Notes under the pieces: generated by a model | Told to the model about the DNA's origin: nothing | Databases searched by the model: none | Seen by the model: only the letters and a program-made list of their open reading frames with translations | Translations under genes and position numbers: made by a program | Assembly (NCBI RefSeq): GCF_004010195.1 | Contig: NC_057716.1 | Location: 19,011,429-19,075,428, forward strand | Reading direction: 5' to 3' | DNA length: 64,000 nucleotides | DNA from: Chiloscyllium plagiosum | Lineage: Eukaryota | Part shown: positions 12,790 through 25,565 of the stretch, in pieces | Position numbering within the stretch: position 1 is the stretch's first letter | Layout: the number at the start of each line of letters is the position of its first letter

Positions 12790-13550
12790 TCTCCAGATGT
12801 CCCAAAGTACTTTGTAGTCTATTAAGTAATGGTTATTGTGTGGGAAAATACAGCAGCCAATTTGCACATTGCATTCTTCCACAAACAGGAATACAGTTAT
12901 AAGACCATAAAGAAATAGGAGTGGAAGTAAGGCTAGTCGGCCAATCAAGTCCACTCCACCATTCAATCATGGTTGATGGCCATTTCAATGCTGCTTACCC
13001 CATATCCCTTAATTCCTTGCGAAATTAAGAATTTATCAATCTCTGCCTTGAAAACATTTAATGTCCCGGTCTCCACTGTGCTCCATGGCAGTGAATTCCA
13101 CAAGCCCACCACACTCTGGCTGAAGAAATGTCTCCTCTGTTCTAAATTGATCCCCTCTAATTCTAAGGCTGTGCTCACGAGTCTTCGTATCCTCGCCTGA
13201 CGGAAACAATTTCCCAGTGTCCACCCTTTCTAAGCCATGCATTACCTTATAAGTTTCTATTAGATCTCCCCTCAATATTCTAAACTCTGAATACAAACCT
13301 AGGATCCTCAGCCGTTTGTCGTATTTTATGATCAGTACTCTGTTTCTGTGATCAAGGACTGACCAGAAAACTGGCGATAACTCCTCTGCTCTCTCTTGAC
13401 AGAGTGGCAAGAGATTTTTTTGTTTGCCTATTTGCAGAACAAACAGGGTCTTCATTAAATGTCATATCTGAAAGATGGCATCTACTGTCGTGCTATGTTC
13501 CTGGAGTCCGAGCATTCCAATGCAGGTGGAATTGGTGCCAACTGGTTCAT
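12790..13550 (-). mobile_element. Old DeuSINE (SacSINE1/AmnSINE1-like) relic split by a CR1 insertion
   Basis: gcagccaatttgcaca...ccacaaacag at 12850-12890, resuming at about 13320-13550 with Deu-like aatgtcatatctgaaagatggcatc. Similar relics lie at 43980-44170 and 45470-45720. Confidence 0.5.
12900..13320 (-). mobile_element. CR1/HER1-type LINE 3' end
   Basis: Translates to YDKRLRILGLYS..RGDLIETYKVMHGLERVD...RHFFSQSVVGLWNSLP..VE.GTLNVFK.EIDKFL, the CR1 ORF2 C-terminus, followed by the 3' UTR. Confidence 0.9.
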
Positions 13551-14984
13551 GGTTGAAAGGTTAGCCAGTGTTAGCAGGGTGGTGTTGAGGATGGCAATGT
13601 TTGATCCCTGATTTGACTGTAGAAGAGGCAAAATTGATTAAGTATTTTTGTTCCTCTTGACAGTTTGAGTTGAAGGTAAGTGATGTGTGAGAATGAGACT
13701 GAGTTTGACTTTGTCTTTGTTCCATACAGACAAATGCCTGCAGATGAAGTCCTGAACAGTAACCGTGAGTGAAGAAATTAGGCACTAACCAGACTCTGGA
13801 GCCCTTCTTTACAGAGGGCTGTCGGAAAACAAATGAGAGAAAAACTGCACTAAGATTTTTAACATTCCATGTACAGAATATTTATCCTTTTGCTTATAAT
13901 TAAGTGGTATTTCCTGTCTAAGCAGGAAGGAACCGAGTTAAGTTGATAAATTTAGCTGAAATGTAGTCACATTTGCTTTTTTTTTGTCACTCTTCTTTCC
14001 AACTTTCCTTAACCTTGGATCAACTTTTTGTTTGAGGTTCATATTTTATGAGAGACCTAATATTCTTGATAGTATTATATGCGTGATGCATTTTAGCAGT
14101 AGCATTGATTTGTGGTATAGCAGGCTCCATCTAAAGAAACAGATTAGATTGTAGTGGCATCAGAATGACGTCAATTTGTTTTATTGCTGCATGCTTTAGT
14201 TGGGGGTGCCCCCTGGTGCACTCCGCTTTCCTGTTATGCAATGCTCTGAAGAATACTGAAGACTAACTGATTCTGGCACTGAGTGTCATGGTAGTAATCA
14301 GTTTCATCTGTGGCTTTTGACTTAAACATTTCACTGATTCATTCAGCCAAATAGCTCTACAGTATAATGTGTTAAAATACCACTTGTGTATTGTGTTGTA
14401 TTAAAGAGTGGGGGATGGAATGAGAGGGTTACAATTCTGTTCATAAAATGATTGTCTTGATAAGTAAATCTTCTTAGATTCATGAATTTTTGTCTGAGCT
14501 AGACATAAGCTTTGAGTGAGAAAGAGTGTTCATTGTGTTTGAGCACTTGACCTGGCAAGTTGAAGTGTATGTGTTGGACAAGAACAGCATTAGACTTTGA
14601 GTCTTAATACATCCAGTGTTGAATGCAATATGTTGAAGACACGGTCTTTTCTTTACAATTTAAGTCTGAACCCTCAGGTGGAAGACTGGCATTGCCTTAA
14701 AATTAAAAAAAAATGGCTGCCCAGTTGCCGATAGTGTGAATTCAATCTTAAATGCATCTTAGTTTGATTCAAATTTGATTGTTACACCAAGCAGAATTGA
14801 TCAATACAACCAATAGCTGCCCTCCCCATTTTTCTGCTATATTATGGTGTTAAAACCTGCTACTTTAAGCTTCTTTGTGCACACAGTTGTTGGCTAGCTA
14901 AATGGCCAAACAGCTGAAATAGTTTCAGTATCACAATTTAAAGCTAAATGTGTTATAAATACAAAAGTTTTTTGTGATTGACAG

Positions 14985-15334
14985 TAGAATCTCTACAGTG
15001 TAGAAGCAGGCTATTTGACCCATCAAGTCCACACTGACCCTCTGAACAGTATTCCACCCAGACCTACTCTCCTGCCTTATCCCTGTAACCCTGTATTTCC
15101 CATGGCTAATCCACTTAGCCTGCATATCCCTGGACACTCAGGGTAATTTATCATAACCAATCCATCTAACACAAGCATCTTTGGACTGTGGGAGAAACCA
15201 GAGCACCCAGCGGAAATCCACGCAGAGATGGGGAGAATGTGCAAACTTCACACAGTCAGCTGAGGATGGAATTGAACCCGGGTTGCTGGTGCTGTGAGGT
15301 GGTAGTGCAAACCACTGAGCCACGATGCTACCCC
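14985..15334 (-). mobile_element. HE1-type V-SINE (full length, diverged)
   Basis: tRNA-like head with A/B boxes, V-domain (tgtgaagtttgcacattctccc...) and a LINE-derived 3' tail. Homologous to 63250-63571. Confidence 0.9.
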
Positions 15335-15929
15335 AGGTGGTGAGCAATTTCGCAGACCTAGGCAGATGCTGTACACTATTATTGTGAGCAATAGTAATGA
15401 GCCATTTAACGTGAACAGTTTTGCGCACTATTCTATTGTACTTGAGAACTGGAGTATAGTACAACAAGAATGTACTCTTCCACAAAGAAAGTGGACAGTT
15501 AACAATTCTCACATCTTGCCTCACCATTGCCTGTTTTCATATTATGGATGGTTTTGCTCACAGACTCTTATAGGCAACACTTTTGGAATTGTGGGTGCCT
15601 GTCCATAATCTCTCAAAATGCAACCCCATAAGGCAAGTTAGAAATCTAAAAACAAAAGAAGAAAAGGCTAAAGAATGGAACTTGACACTTAAAACGTTGA
15701 CCTCTTTTTTTTTTCACAGGTGCTGTCTGAGTTCCTAGGCATTTGCAGAAAATTTCTACTGTTGATTACAGTGCTCTGAATTAATTATTTGTCTGTAGTG
15801 CATTTTTTTAAAAAACTTGTTTAGGTTACAACAAATGGTAAAAAGTTGGTAAAGCAATATTCAAGTATTCCTTTTGTCTTCTATTTCTTACTCATTCCTT
15901 GTTCCCTAGGCTTACAAATTACTTTATAT

Positions 15930-16125
15930 CCTGATACAAATGCCCTAGTGTACAGAGCCATTGCTGTCGCTGCAGTGAGACCTGGATTGAGTATCCGTGA
16001 CAGGAGAGCACTAGAGAAATTCCACCAGCAACGCTTTTGTCACATTCTCCACATTGAATATTCGAACTTTCAACCAAGTGTTAGCACTCTAGCCATTCCT
16101 GCAAGTATTCAGGTAAATCTTTTAA
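15930..16125 (+). mobile_element. RTE-clade LINE fragment
   Basis: ALVYRAIAV...RRALEKFHQQRFCHILHI resembles the RTE ORF C-terminal LERFHQRCLR.IL.I motif. Confidence 0.6.
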
Positions 16126-16519
16126 AAATACACTCATGAGATGTTATTGCCAAATTCAGTCCCTAGTTGATCTTGAGAAGGTGGTGGTGGGATGTCTTCT
16201 TGAACCACTGCTGTTCATTTTGTGTGGTTAGATCTGCATGTCACTTGAGAGAGAGTTCCCAAATTTTGACCCAGTGACACTGAAGGAATGACATTATATT
16301 TCCCAGTCATGATAGTGAGTGGCTTGGAGGTAAACTTGCAACCGGTAATGTTTTCATGTATTTTCTGCCCTTGACAACCTAGATTGTAGTGGTTATTGGT
16401 TTGGAAAGTGCTGTGTATGTAGGTTTGATGAATTTTTGCCATGCTAGGTCCTTTACAATTCCTCTTGTGAGTGAATGTTTGTGCTGTGTGCCAAGCCAGT
16501 GGGCAAAGTCTGAAGTCTT

Positions 16520-16645
16520 CACTTGACGAAGGAGCAGCGCTGTGAAAACATTTGATTTCAAATAAACTTGTTGGATTATAACGCTGTGTTATGTGACTTC
16601 CTGACTCTGTTCACACCAGTCTAACACCAGCACCTCCACATCATG
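16520..16645 (+). mobile_element. Family A-like PLE terminus starting at a degenerate hammerhead
   Basis: cacttgacgaaggagcagcgctgtgaaa...aaataaacttgttggattataac...ccagtctaacaccagcacctccacatc. Confidence 0.7.
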
Positions 16646-17002
16646 GCAGTCCAGTGGATTGCATTGTCCTGGATGGTGTCAAGCTTTGAGTGTTTTTGGG
16701 GCTGCACTCATCCAGGCAAATGACTTTTCCATCACACTTCAGACTTGCACCTTGTAAATGATGGACAGACTTCAGGGAATCAGGAAATCCGTTACCTGCT
16801 TCAGGATTCCTACCTCTGACTTGCTGTTGTAGCCACACTATTTATGTTACGAACCTTGGTCAGTTTTTGAGTTGATTATGGGGAATTCAGTGGTGCCATT
16901 GAATGGCAAGGGCTCATGGTTAGGTTTTCTTGTGGCAGATGGTAATTTCCTGGTACTTATGTGGTGCAAATGTTTGCCACTTGTCAACCCAGGCCTGGAT
17001 AT

Positions 17003-17113
17003 TTGTATAAATGAAGAAGGGTTACACCAGAAACATCGACTTCAACACCACCTGATGTTGTCTGGCTTGCTGTGTTTTTCCAGCCTCCTGCCTGTCTACT
17101 CTTGTATAAATGA
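17003..17113 (+). mobile_element. Family E PLE terminus with 12-bp TSD, beginning inside the hammerhead core
   Basis: ttgtataaatga at 17003-17014 and 17102-17113. The insert starts (TGA)AGAAGGGTTACACCAGAAACATCGAC and matches the end of the PLE at 43651-43741. Confidence 0.75.
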
Positions 17114-17704
17114 TGCATTTTCACATGGACTGTTTAAGAATCTGATGAATTGCACAATATTCAGCACCATTCACAATCATCCATGATCATCCTCACTTCT
17201 AACCTTACGATGGAAGGTGGTCATTGGTGAAGCATCTAAAGATGGTTCGGGCCAAGAACTCTCCTCTACGGAACCCCTGCAGAGATGTCCTGCAAAAACA
17301 ACTGGATACTGTGTCCAGATGGCTGAAGAGCACCTTTCCCATGTCCTGTTTTGTGAACTCTCAAAAGACTAGGATTTCAGGAGAGGACAAACAGTACATG
17401 ACAAAGACTCTCTGATGTTCTCTTGATGGTCAACAGAATTTGTCAACGAACTGTGAGAAGCTTGCTCCTAGTTGTTCAGATTGACAATCTTTTCATCACG
17501 TGTCATCACATTTTCAGTCCAAATGCCTTAGAGGCAGGAAAGGAAGTGGTTCCTGTAGTCTGGATCTCACTCATGGGATATCCTGCCCTCCCTATCCAAA
17601 AATTGGCAAGATGAGAATTGGTTCAGTCATGTGAAGATTTACAGGAGGAACTTGTAACATAAGTAGGTTCTATTCCAATCAAGAACAAGCCAGTGACATT
17701 TCCA

Positions 17705-17846
17705 ACTTTTCTCAGTTCTGATGAATATCATTAAACAGAAAGTTAACTCTGTTTCTGTTTCTACCGATGCTGCCATGTCTGCTCAGTGTATCCAGCATTT
17801 TATTATTTTTATTTCTGGTTTCCATTGTCTACAATATTCTGCTTTT
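17705..17846 (+). mobile_element. Family D PLE terminus (old)
   Basis: cagttctgatgaa...gaaagttaactctgtttct...gatgctgcc...ccagcattttt. Similar relics lie at 15640-15760, 18410-18540 and 41570-41750. Confidence 0.55.
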
Positions 17847-19368
17847 CAAGTAAACTGGACTTAAATGTAACCCATTATTCTCCTTTTTACAGAGAGCCTT
17901 AGACAGCATTTTCACAGTACTTGTTTAAACATTTTAATGTCAAAAAATTAAATAGTATTTCACTTAAGCCAATATCCTTTAAAGTGCCAAGATACTTTTG
18001 GCATGGTTCTCTTAATTATTTTAATTGCTTCCAGCTTTATCACTAATTAGTGACAATCCATATTTCACATCAACTCAAAATATACTCTCCAGACACAAAC
18101 TTTAGTTTGGATGGACTTGCACAGCACTCAGTGCATGTGTGTATGCACTTCCATTTCAGTTTTGTGAACATTTGGTCACACATTTATGTTGCTACTTAAT
18201 AAAATTCTGGAATGTCCTTCCTAACATAACTGTTGTACCTATAATCCTAAACCAAGTAGACTGCAACTCACCAACCCCTTCTCAAGGGCAATTATAGATA
18301 TACAATAAATGCTGGTACAGCCAGCTGATGCCCATATCCCAATAATGAATTTTTAAAATGCAGAGGTTTAAGTGTTACAGGACTGAATAGCGGGATTTTA
18401 TTTCCATGTAAAATATTGCTGGTGCTGGAAATCTGATACAAAAGAAAATGTTGGAAAATGTTTTTTTTTCCTCTATAGACACTTGAACCAGAACCGAGTT
18501 AATATTTTCAAATTGGTGAATGTCAGAACTGGAAAAAGCGAGAGAAGTGCCAATGCAAAAACAGTGAAAGGAATGAGGTTAGAAATATCAAAAGAAAAGG
18601 TCTGCAGTCTGGAAGGCTTTGGTTATCACAATTGCCTTTCTTCTTTCTATCTATTGTAATTGTGAACACTTCCGGTAAATTGCTGATTAATCTTATGCAC
18701 ACTAAGGATAATAAGCCCAGTATCTCTTCCGTCTCACCACATAACTGAAATCCCTCATCATTGAGTCATTGTGGTAAATGTTAACTGCATCCTCTTCAAA
18801 ATCTTGACATCCATCCTGACATGTGGTGGCCTGAGCTATATTGTACTTGAACTGATATCTCACCAGTGGTGGGTTTTGGGCACTTGTTTTCCCTCACTGC
18901 ACTAATTAGGTGATTGAAAAATTTCTTTTTATCTGATTTCACATGCAGTCAAGGATTTCTAACTATCACCCATTCCATTTATGAGTGTGAGTTGTGTTTC
19001 CTTGTGAAGAAGTAGCCTATATAGGCTGCAGGCAATCAGTTGTGATGCTGTTCAATAAGCTTACATTTTCAGGTTGCCAGAAACGTAAATAATCAGTTTC
19101 AAGTTAGGAGCAATATATCAAACAAAGTGCTTTTGTTTCATTTGGCTTTGAAGGTATTGCTTACTATGTTAATACTTCTATCTATAAAAGATGGTAGAAA
19201 GCAAAAATTATAACATTTAAAATTGGATCGGTTAGCAATAAGGAACTATATAGGCAAAAGGGCAAGCAGATAGCTTCAATTTAAATCCTGTGAATCTGAT
19301 TGTAACTTCTTTGATTCCAACTATCCTTCATGCTCGATTTAGTCTCCTGTAATTTTCTTGCTTTGAGT

Positions 19369-19931
19369 AAAGCACAATATTCAAAGTTTGTGAGAAGATT
19401 TGTAGCTCGGGTGCTTGTTGCTGTGGTTCTGTTCGCCGAGCTGGAAGTTTTTGTTGCAAACGTTTCGTCCCCTGGCTGGGCGACATCATCAGTGCTTGGG
19501 AGCCTCCTGCGAAGCGCTTCTTTGATGTTTCCTCCGGTGTTTATAGTGGTCTGTCCCTGCCGCTTCCGGTTGTCAGTTTCAGCGAATTCATGTTGCTTGT
19601 TGTCTGCGTGTGTGTTCGACTGGGACAACACTACTATCATAGGGCAAGCCAGACAGAGAACAGCCAGGGAATTCCTAGAGGCATGGCATTCATCCACAAA
19701 CTCCATCAACAAACACATCGACCTGGACCCAATATACCAACCACTACAGCGGACAGCTGAAACTGACAACCAGAGGCGGCAGGGACAGACCACTATAAAC
19801 ACGGAGGAAACATCAAAGAAGCGCTTCGCAGGAGGCTCCCAAGCACTGATGATGTCGCCTAGCCAGGGGACGAAACGTTTGCAACAAAAACTTCCAGCTC
19901 GGCGAACAGAACCACAACAAAGCACAATATT
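19369..19931. mobile_element. Family C (Penelope/Poseidon-type) fold-back element, young, with 13-bp TSD
   Basis: TSD aaagcacaatatt at 19369-19381 and 19919-19931. Arms of about 165 bp are near-identical inverted copies. The loop encodes a GIY-YIG C-terminus, FDWDNTTIIGQARQRTAREFLEAWHSSTNSINKHIDLDPIYQPL. Confidence 0.9.
19843..19882 (+). ncRNA. Minimal type-I hammerhead ribozyme motif (family C), core intact
   Basis: GCA-CTGATGA-T-GTCGCC-TAGCCA-GGGGAC-GAAA-CGTT-TGC. An intact mirror copy lies at 19456-19495 (-). Confidence 0.75.
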
Positions 19932-20778
19932 TTTATCACTGAATTGAATTTAAAATTGACAGAAGAAATTTAGTAATACATTCAGGCCATTGACCAGGCA
20001 CTAACTTAAGTCGTAATTTGAAAAACTGAACCATCTCTATACGTTTTCCCAGTTGGCTAATATTGGTGTGTACTGTAAATGTTTCTAAAAACTTCATTGT
20101 ATGTAATGATTTGGTCACTCCCAAGTGGAATCTTGCATGGATATCACATAATTTCAGTTTGGTTGCTCAGTTGACCAGAAATAAATTGGAAGTAACTGAT
20201 ATGGTAGACAAAAGATTTCTAATATCAAAGTAGTTTCGAACCTTTTAAGTGTTTAATACCAACTTGGTTTTCTTGGCAAATTTGTTAAAGACATAAATCT
20301 AACCTTAGGAAAAAGTGATAGCTGAGCAATAGTTTTGGGTCAGCGATTGCAATTTCTCCATTATTTCTTTCCCTGTGATCAGTGCAATAGATTTACTTTC
20401 ATTCTTGAGGCAAGAAAATTATTTGCAGAATGAGCTATCTTTCTCATTTCCGATCCCAAATGTCTCATTCTTGTTGTTGAGTGAATATTGCTGCATTTGA
20501 AAATTCTACTACAGGCAGCTTTTGTAACTTTCCTTCCAAGTTTCCCAGAAAAAGTTTCCAAGAGATTTTGAAAAAGCCCTTTGAGAAATTTTGTATGAGC
20601 TATGATTTCACTCCTGTTTTACATTATGATGCTGTTTCTATGAACTCCTCAAGTGATCGAGTATTTTAAATTTAAAAATAGTTTAAATTTACAGTTTGGT
20701 GATTTTTTTTGTTATAGGTTTCCATTTAAGTTCTTCATTTCAGTTTTTCCCCCATTTTCCTCTTCCCTAGTCTTTCTA

Positions 20779-21148
20779 GGGATGCACGGCCAGCATCTAT
20801 AATCGATTTTCATTGACCCCGAGAAGGTGATGTTTCTTATATCATGATACAACCAAGTAGCTTTCTGTTCCACTTCAAAGGCCAGTGAAAAGTCAACCTT
20901 GTTGATGTGAGGACTGAAGTCAGGATAGGCCAGGATAGAGTTTTCTTTTCCTCATCGACACAAACGAACCAGTTGGTCGTGTTATGACAAACTTCATGGT
21001 CACTTTTGCTGAACCCACTATGTTGTTTCCACATTTTAAAAAAATCTTAACTCAGTTTCTGCTGTGATGGTGTATGAGTTCATGTACTCTGGGCTTAGTG
21101 GAGTCCTATAGTCTACTAATCCAGTCCCATCACTCTATTCTGTCGACT
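20779..21148 (-). mobile_element. Old tRNA-derived SINE (second family, CR1/L2-type tail)
   Basis: Reverse-complement similarity to 48632-48980 and to the LINE tail motif. Confidence 0.5.
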
Positions 21149-22017
21149 TCTCAAAGCACGCTTTTGAGAGGAGCTGTAGCCTCATTATATTTTCAGGAGA
21201 AAGAGCATTAAAATTTAGCATCTGAAGGAAAATAGTTTGGGAGGAATCTGGAAGCATTGACAGCAGAAGAACGCAATGTTATATGACTTACTGCCATCAA
21301 AGTGAGAATTAAAGCACCTTCATAACTCGACTCAAAAGAGTTGGCTGAACAGTTATCTACATACATTGTAAATGCATCTGGTATATATTGGCTCAGTCAT
21401 CTTAAATTCCAAACACCCCTGAATCTGTTTTGTTTTGCTGTTTTCCTACCTATATGCTGGTGTTGATTTTCTTGTTCACAACGTCAGTAATATCTTCAGT
21501 AAAACAACAGTATGTTATGAAACTCTCTGCTGTGTTGCCACTGAAGTACAGGATCTTCAGGTTTTCTATGTGACTATATTTCAGAAATTTTGGAATAATG
21601 CTGGTTTCAATTCCTAAAGTATAATGTGAGATAATCCTTGTCCTAATGAACCAATAGATAGGTACTCAACATGTTAGATACAAGCGTATGGCAGACGATT
21701 ATAGCATACCAAAGGTTTAGTTATGGATTTCAAGACTGGAGACATCCAGTCTGAGGATAACCACTTAAAAAAAAAATGAATGTTGATCTTTTTGGTTGAT
21801 TGAAAACTAGCTTGATAGGAACTTAACCTTTTGAACTATCCCATACAGCTGTGATTAAGAAGATCCAGATCCCAGGTGTGATGCCCAGTTTCTACTGACT
21901 TCAGCCACCTGTCTGAGACAACCATGATTGAAAGATGTAAAGTAACCAGACTTTTTGTATCTGAATATTAACGGTGTTGTTTCCTACTGGACAATACTTG
22001 TGTCAGTTTGGGTGCCA

Positions 22018-22681
22018 TGATGTGGAGGACCTGCTATTGGACTGGGGTGGACAAAGTTTAAAAATCACACAACACCAGGTTATAGTTCAACAGGTTTATT
22101 TGTAAGCACTAGCTTTCGGAGCACTGCTTCTTCATTGCTCCTAGCTGTGGAGTAGGACCATAGGACTCAGAATTTACCGCAAAAGATCACAGTGTCATGC
22201 ACCTGCAATTATATATTGAACAAACCTAGATTGCCGTTAAGTCTTTCATCTTTTAGAATGGGTTGCAGGTTTCGGTTCATTAATATGTAAATCCCAGAAC
22301 TTCTTTTAAGTCAAATTCACGAGATAGCTTAAGGTTTTAGAACAAAAAGGTGACATCTCAGCTCAGATGCATTGTCTGAGCTGAGATGTCACCATTTTTT
22401 GTATATAAAACCTTAAGTTATCTTGCTAATTAGATTTAAAAGAAGTTCCGGGATTTACATACTAATGAACCGAAACCTGCAACCCATTCTAAAAGATGAA
22501 AGACTTAACGGCAATCTAGGTTTGTTCAATACATCATTTCAGGTGCATGACATTGTCATCTTTTGCGATTAAATTGTGAGTCTTATGGTCCTGTTCCACA
22601 GCTACCTGATGAAGGAGCAGCGCTCCAAAAGCTAGTGTTTACAAATAAACCTGTTGGACTATAACCTGGTATTGTGATTTT
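22018..22681. mobile_element. Family A near-perfect ~620-bp palindrome plus a ~40-nt unpaired tail
   Basis: Arms 22061-~22365 and ~22375-22681 are reverse complements around the centre ctcagctcagatgcattgtctgagctgag. Hammerhead motif at 22603-22637 (GAAA changed to AAAA) with a degenerate mirror at about 22108-22140. Confidence 0.9.
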
Positions 22682-23871
22682 CATATCGGGTGAACAAGGA
22701 CTTGGCTCTGATTAGCAAGATTCAGCTAACTTCATAATATTCGCCATCTTGTTTATGCATGAAAAATCAGTTACACACGTGATACTCAAATAGCAACTAA
22801 CTTGTATTTAGTGCTATTAGATAAGTAAAAGTTTTGTATCATGAACTTTTTTGAAGCACACCGAAACCACTCAATACATCACTCTATGCCTGTTCAAGAG
22901 AGCAATTGACTTGGTACTTTCCCGGTCCTTTAGCAAAATAGAAACACCTTTCTAATCCTCTCAATTTAAAATCAATAACAATTTATTCTTTCTGTACTAT
23001 TTCCACCAGCACGTTATGTAGTCTAACATGTAAACATTCATCTTTTGCCTTTTTCTTTATTTCACAATGAACTTTTAAATGATTCCCTCTACTTAGCAAT
23101 GCAAATCAGTGGAAATAGTTTTTCCTGTACTTTATCAAATCTCCTCATAATTTTCAATCAGCTCTGTAAAGTCTTTTAACCTTGCCTGGAATCATGAAAA
23201 AGAGCTGTCTTTTTTTCTACTTTCTCTTCATAGCTAAAGTCTTTCATGACTGAACTTCCAAATAAGTTGTCGTCTTCTCCATGGCCTTGACACCTTTTGC
23301 AATTGCTGCCTCATTATTTATCATCAGTGACTGTGTCATAGCTTGAGTGGCATACCAGATCATATGCTATGTTTACCCTCTATTAAGACAATGGAGTGAA
23401 TGAAGTCAAATAGTCGATATGAAGACTTTACAATAAGAAAAGAAAACATGGAATTTGAAGGTGATATAAGAATCTGTAATTTATTTTCTTCTTCATTTCA
23501 ACTGTAGTTAAACTAGTGGTTTAAATTATTTGACTTGGCAAGAAACTTTTAAAGCTTGATGAATTGCATTGCCCAAAAGTCTTTTTAAATACTGTAATTG
23601 AGAATTACACTACTCAAACTCACTTAGGAAATTAATCATTTTATATTTAATTAAAATGAAATTAATAACTTCATCTGTTTTTATCGCCTGTCTGTGGAAG
23701 AGAACACCACAGTCCTTTTATAATACATACATATGTAAGAAATATAAACTGGCGTGAAGAAAATGACTGCAGTGCTGCATGGTGCTGACTGACTCTCGTA
23801 AGGTGAAATGTTGATCAAGCAGACTGCTTTTATCCTTTTTAATGGTGTTGAGCTTCCTTTTTGTTTTTCAG

Positions 23872-23927
23872 CAGTGCCTGTGCATGCGAGTGGACAGTAT
23901 TCCAATATATTCTTGACATGTACCATG
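23872..23927 (+). other. Candidate 56-nt exon (NAGNAG acceptor, ends in ATG)
   Basis: Acceptor cttcctttttgtttttcag|CAG and donor ATG|gtaaat, in repeat-free sequence. Confidence 0.25.
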
Positions 23928-25344
23928 GTAAATGCTTGAGTGTTTGGGTGGATCAGCTTTTCCACCACCTGCCAGGCAGAAGTAAAGAATATGTTGGAAT
24001 GAACACTTCTGAATTATTTACTGTGGACTAGCTTTGGTGAAGTCTGTCAAATTCACTTTGAGGTTGCCACTGTTTTTTCTACATCAGAATTTTTTAGTGC
24101 CAGTCGCTTTTCTGTAAAGAATCTTCATGGCATTGTTGTCACTTGCAGACTTGACTTCAGGAGTATTTATACAAAGTAAAGCTCTCTCTGCACATGGCTA
24201 TGAGGACATAATCAGAAACTTACCTCCGATAGGACAGACAATAGCTGTAAGTCCTCTTTCTGTTCATGATAAGCATCTACGTGTCAAATTATTGTGTTGA
24301 CATTATTTTTAAATACATTATTTGGGCCATCAACCAAGGCAGAAAATGAACTTGTTTGAATTGATTTTGCACGGTATGAATGAGGCTTGAGATTATACTT
24401 TGCTGTTCATTTGAAATCTGTGTTTGAATTCTCCCTGCATCTGCCAGTGGCCTGCTGGGGCCTTTTACTTAACTCTTTTGCTGCAAATTGAGGAAAGCAC
24501 CTTTCTGGGCATGAATCTGAATACGTGATACAGCTGCTTAATGAGGTACTGTTGTTCCGTGGTGAGCACTTAAGAGTAATGTTTCCCATCTCTGCTCGAA
24601 ATGCCTTGAATTTTGAGAGCATAGATAGATAGAGGAACAGAAAAAGATCAGATGCTTAAATATGAGAAATTGCTACCTGTATAATTGATAAGTGAGGTTT
24701 TGAATTATCTGATAATCTTGACTGTTCACTATTGATGAGTTGGAGCCATGGTTTTTCCAATTGGTAACTTATTGCATAGCAGAAGGTAGTGAAATGTCCT
24801 TACATCATCCCAGTCTGAGAAATAACTTTCTAACTTGCTTTGCATTTCTTTTAGAGGTCTGCAGGAGGATTGGAATTTTTTTTTGACGTGGGTAAACTAT
24901 ATTGATTTATACATGTCAACTTTGTGACACACTCTTCTTTTCCCCTCACATGTTGTCAATACCACTTTCAACTACTTCAAAGCATTGAATAATGCAAATG
25001 CTGGGTGATTTTTGGTGGCAATTCCCACCTAGAACATAGATTGATATTCAGTCCCTTTACAGCAGCAGGAATTAAGCGTCTGGATTACTGAGGAAGGGTG
25101 TGGATTTTGAGGCTGTGCTTTTTTTTGAGGACCTGAGTAAACAAACAGTGCCTGTACATTGCTGACCACCTGAATCATTGACATTTGCTATTTATCCTGA
25201 TTTAGCTTGCTGTTTGTTGAGATTCCATCAAGCTGTTTATGAATCCTTCCGCTGTTGTGGTTTGAAAATGGAAAAGCCAGCTAGTTTTATTTCAATATTT
25301 TGCACTCACTATCTTGATGCTGTTACAGGGATATGTCAATACAG

Positions 25345-25565
25345 GGCTGTGTGGAATGCTCTGCCCCAGAGGGCAGTGGAGGCCCAGTCTCTGGATTCAT
25401 TTAAGAAAGAGTTGGATAGAGCTCTCAAGGATAGTGGGATCAAGGGTTATGCAGATAAGGCAGGAACAGGATACTGATTAAGGATGATCAGCCATGATCA
25501 TATTGAATGGTGGTGCAAGCTCGAAGGGCAGAATGGCCTACTCCTGCACCTATTGTCTATTGTCT
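25345..25565 (+). mobile_element. CR1-type LINE extreme 3' end (young)
   Basis: VWNALPQRAVEAQSLDSFKKELDRALKDSGIKGY, then a 3' UTR and a short ctattgt tandem tail. Confidence 0.9.

Larger units (their letters stand above)
16140..17290 (-). mobile_element. Decayed CR1/L2-type LINE 3' part with nested PLE termini
   Basis: The tail motif cttgagaaggtggtggtg...cttcttgaaccactgc is shared with 18205-18355, 36720-36890 and 47520-47640. RT-thumb remnants are present. Confidence 0.6.

Noticed and set aside
19281-19947. Overlapping 214-aa and 205-aa ORFs on opposite strands
   Set aside because: They are artefacts of the palindrome. Only about 45 aa are real (PLE endonuclease C-terminus), and both ORFs run into flanking DNA.
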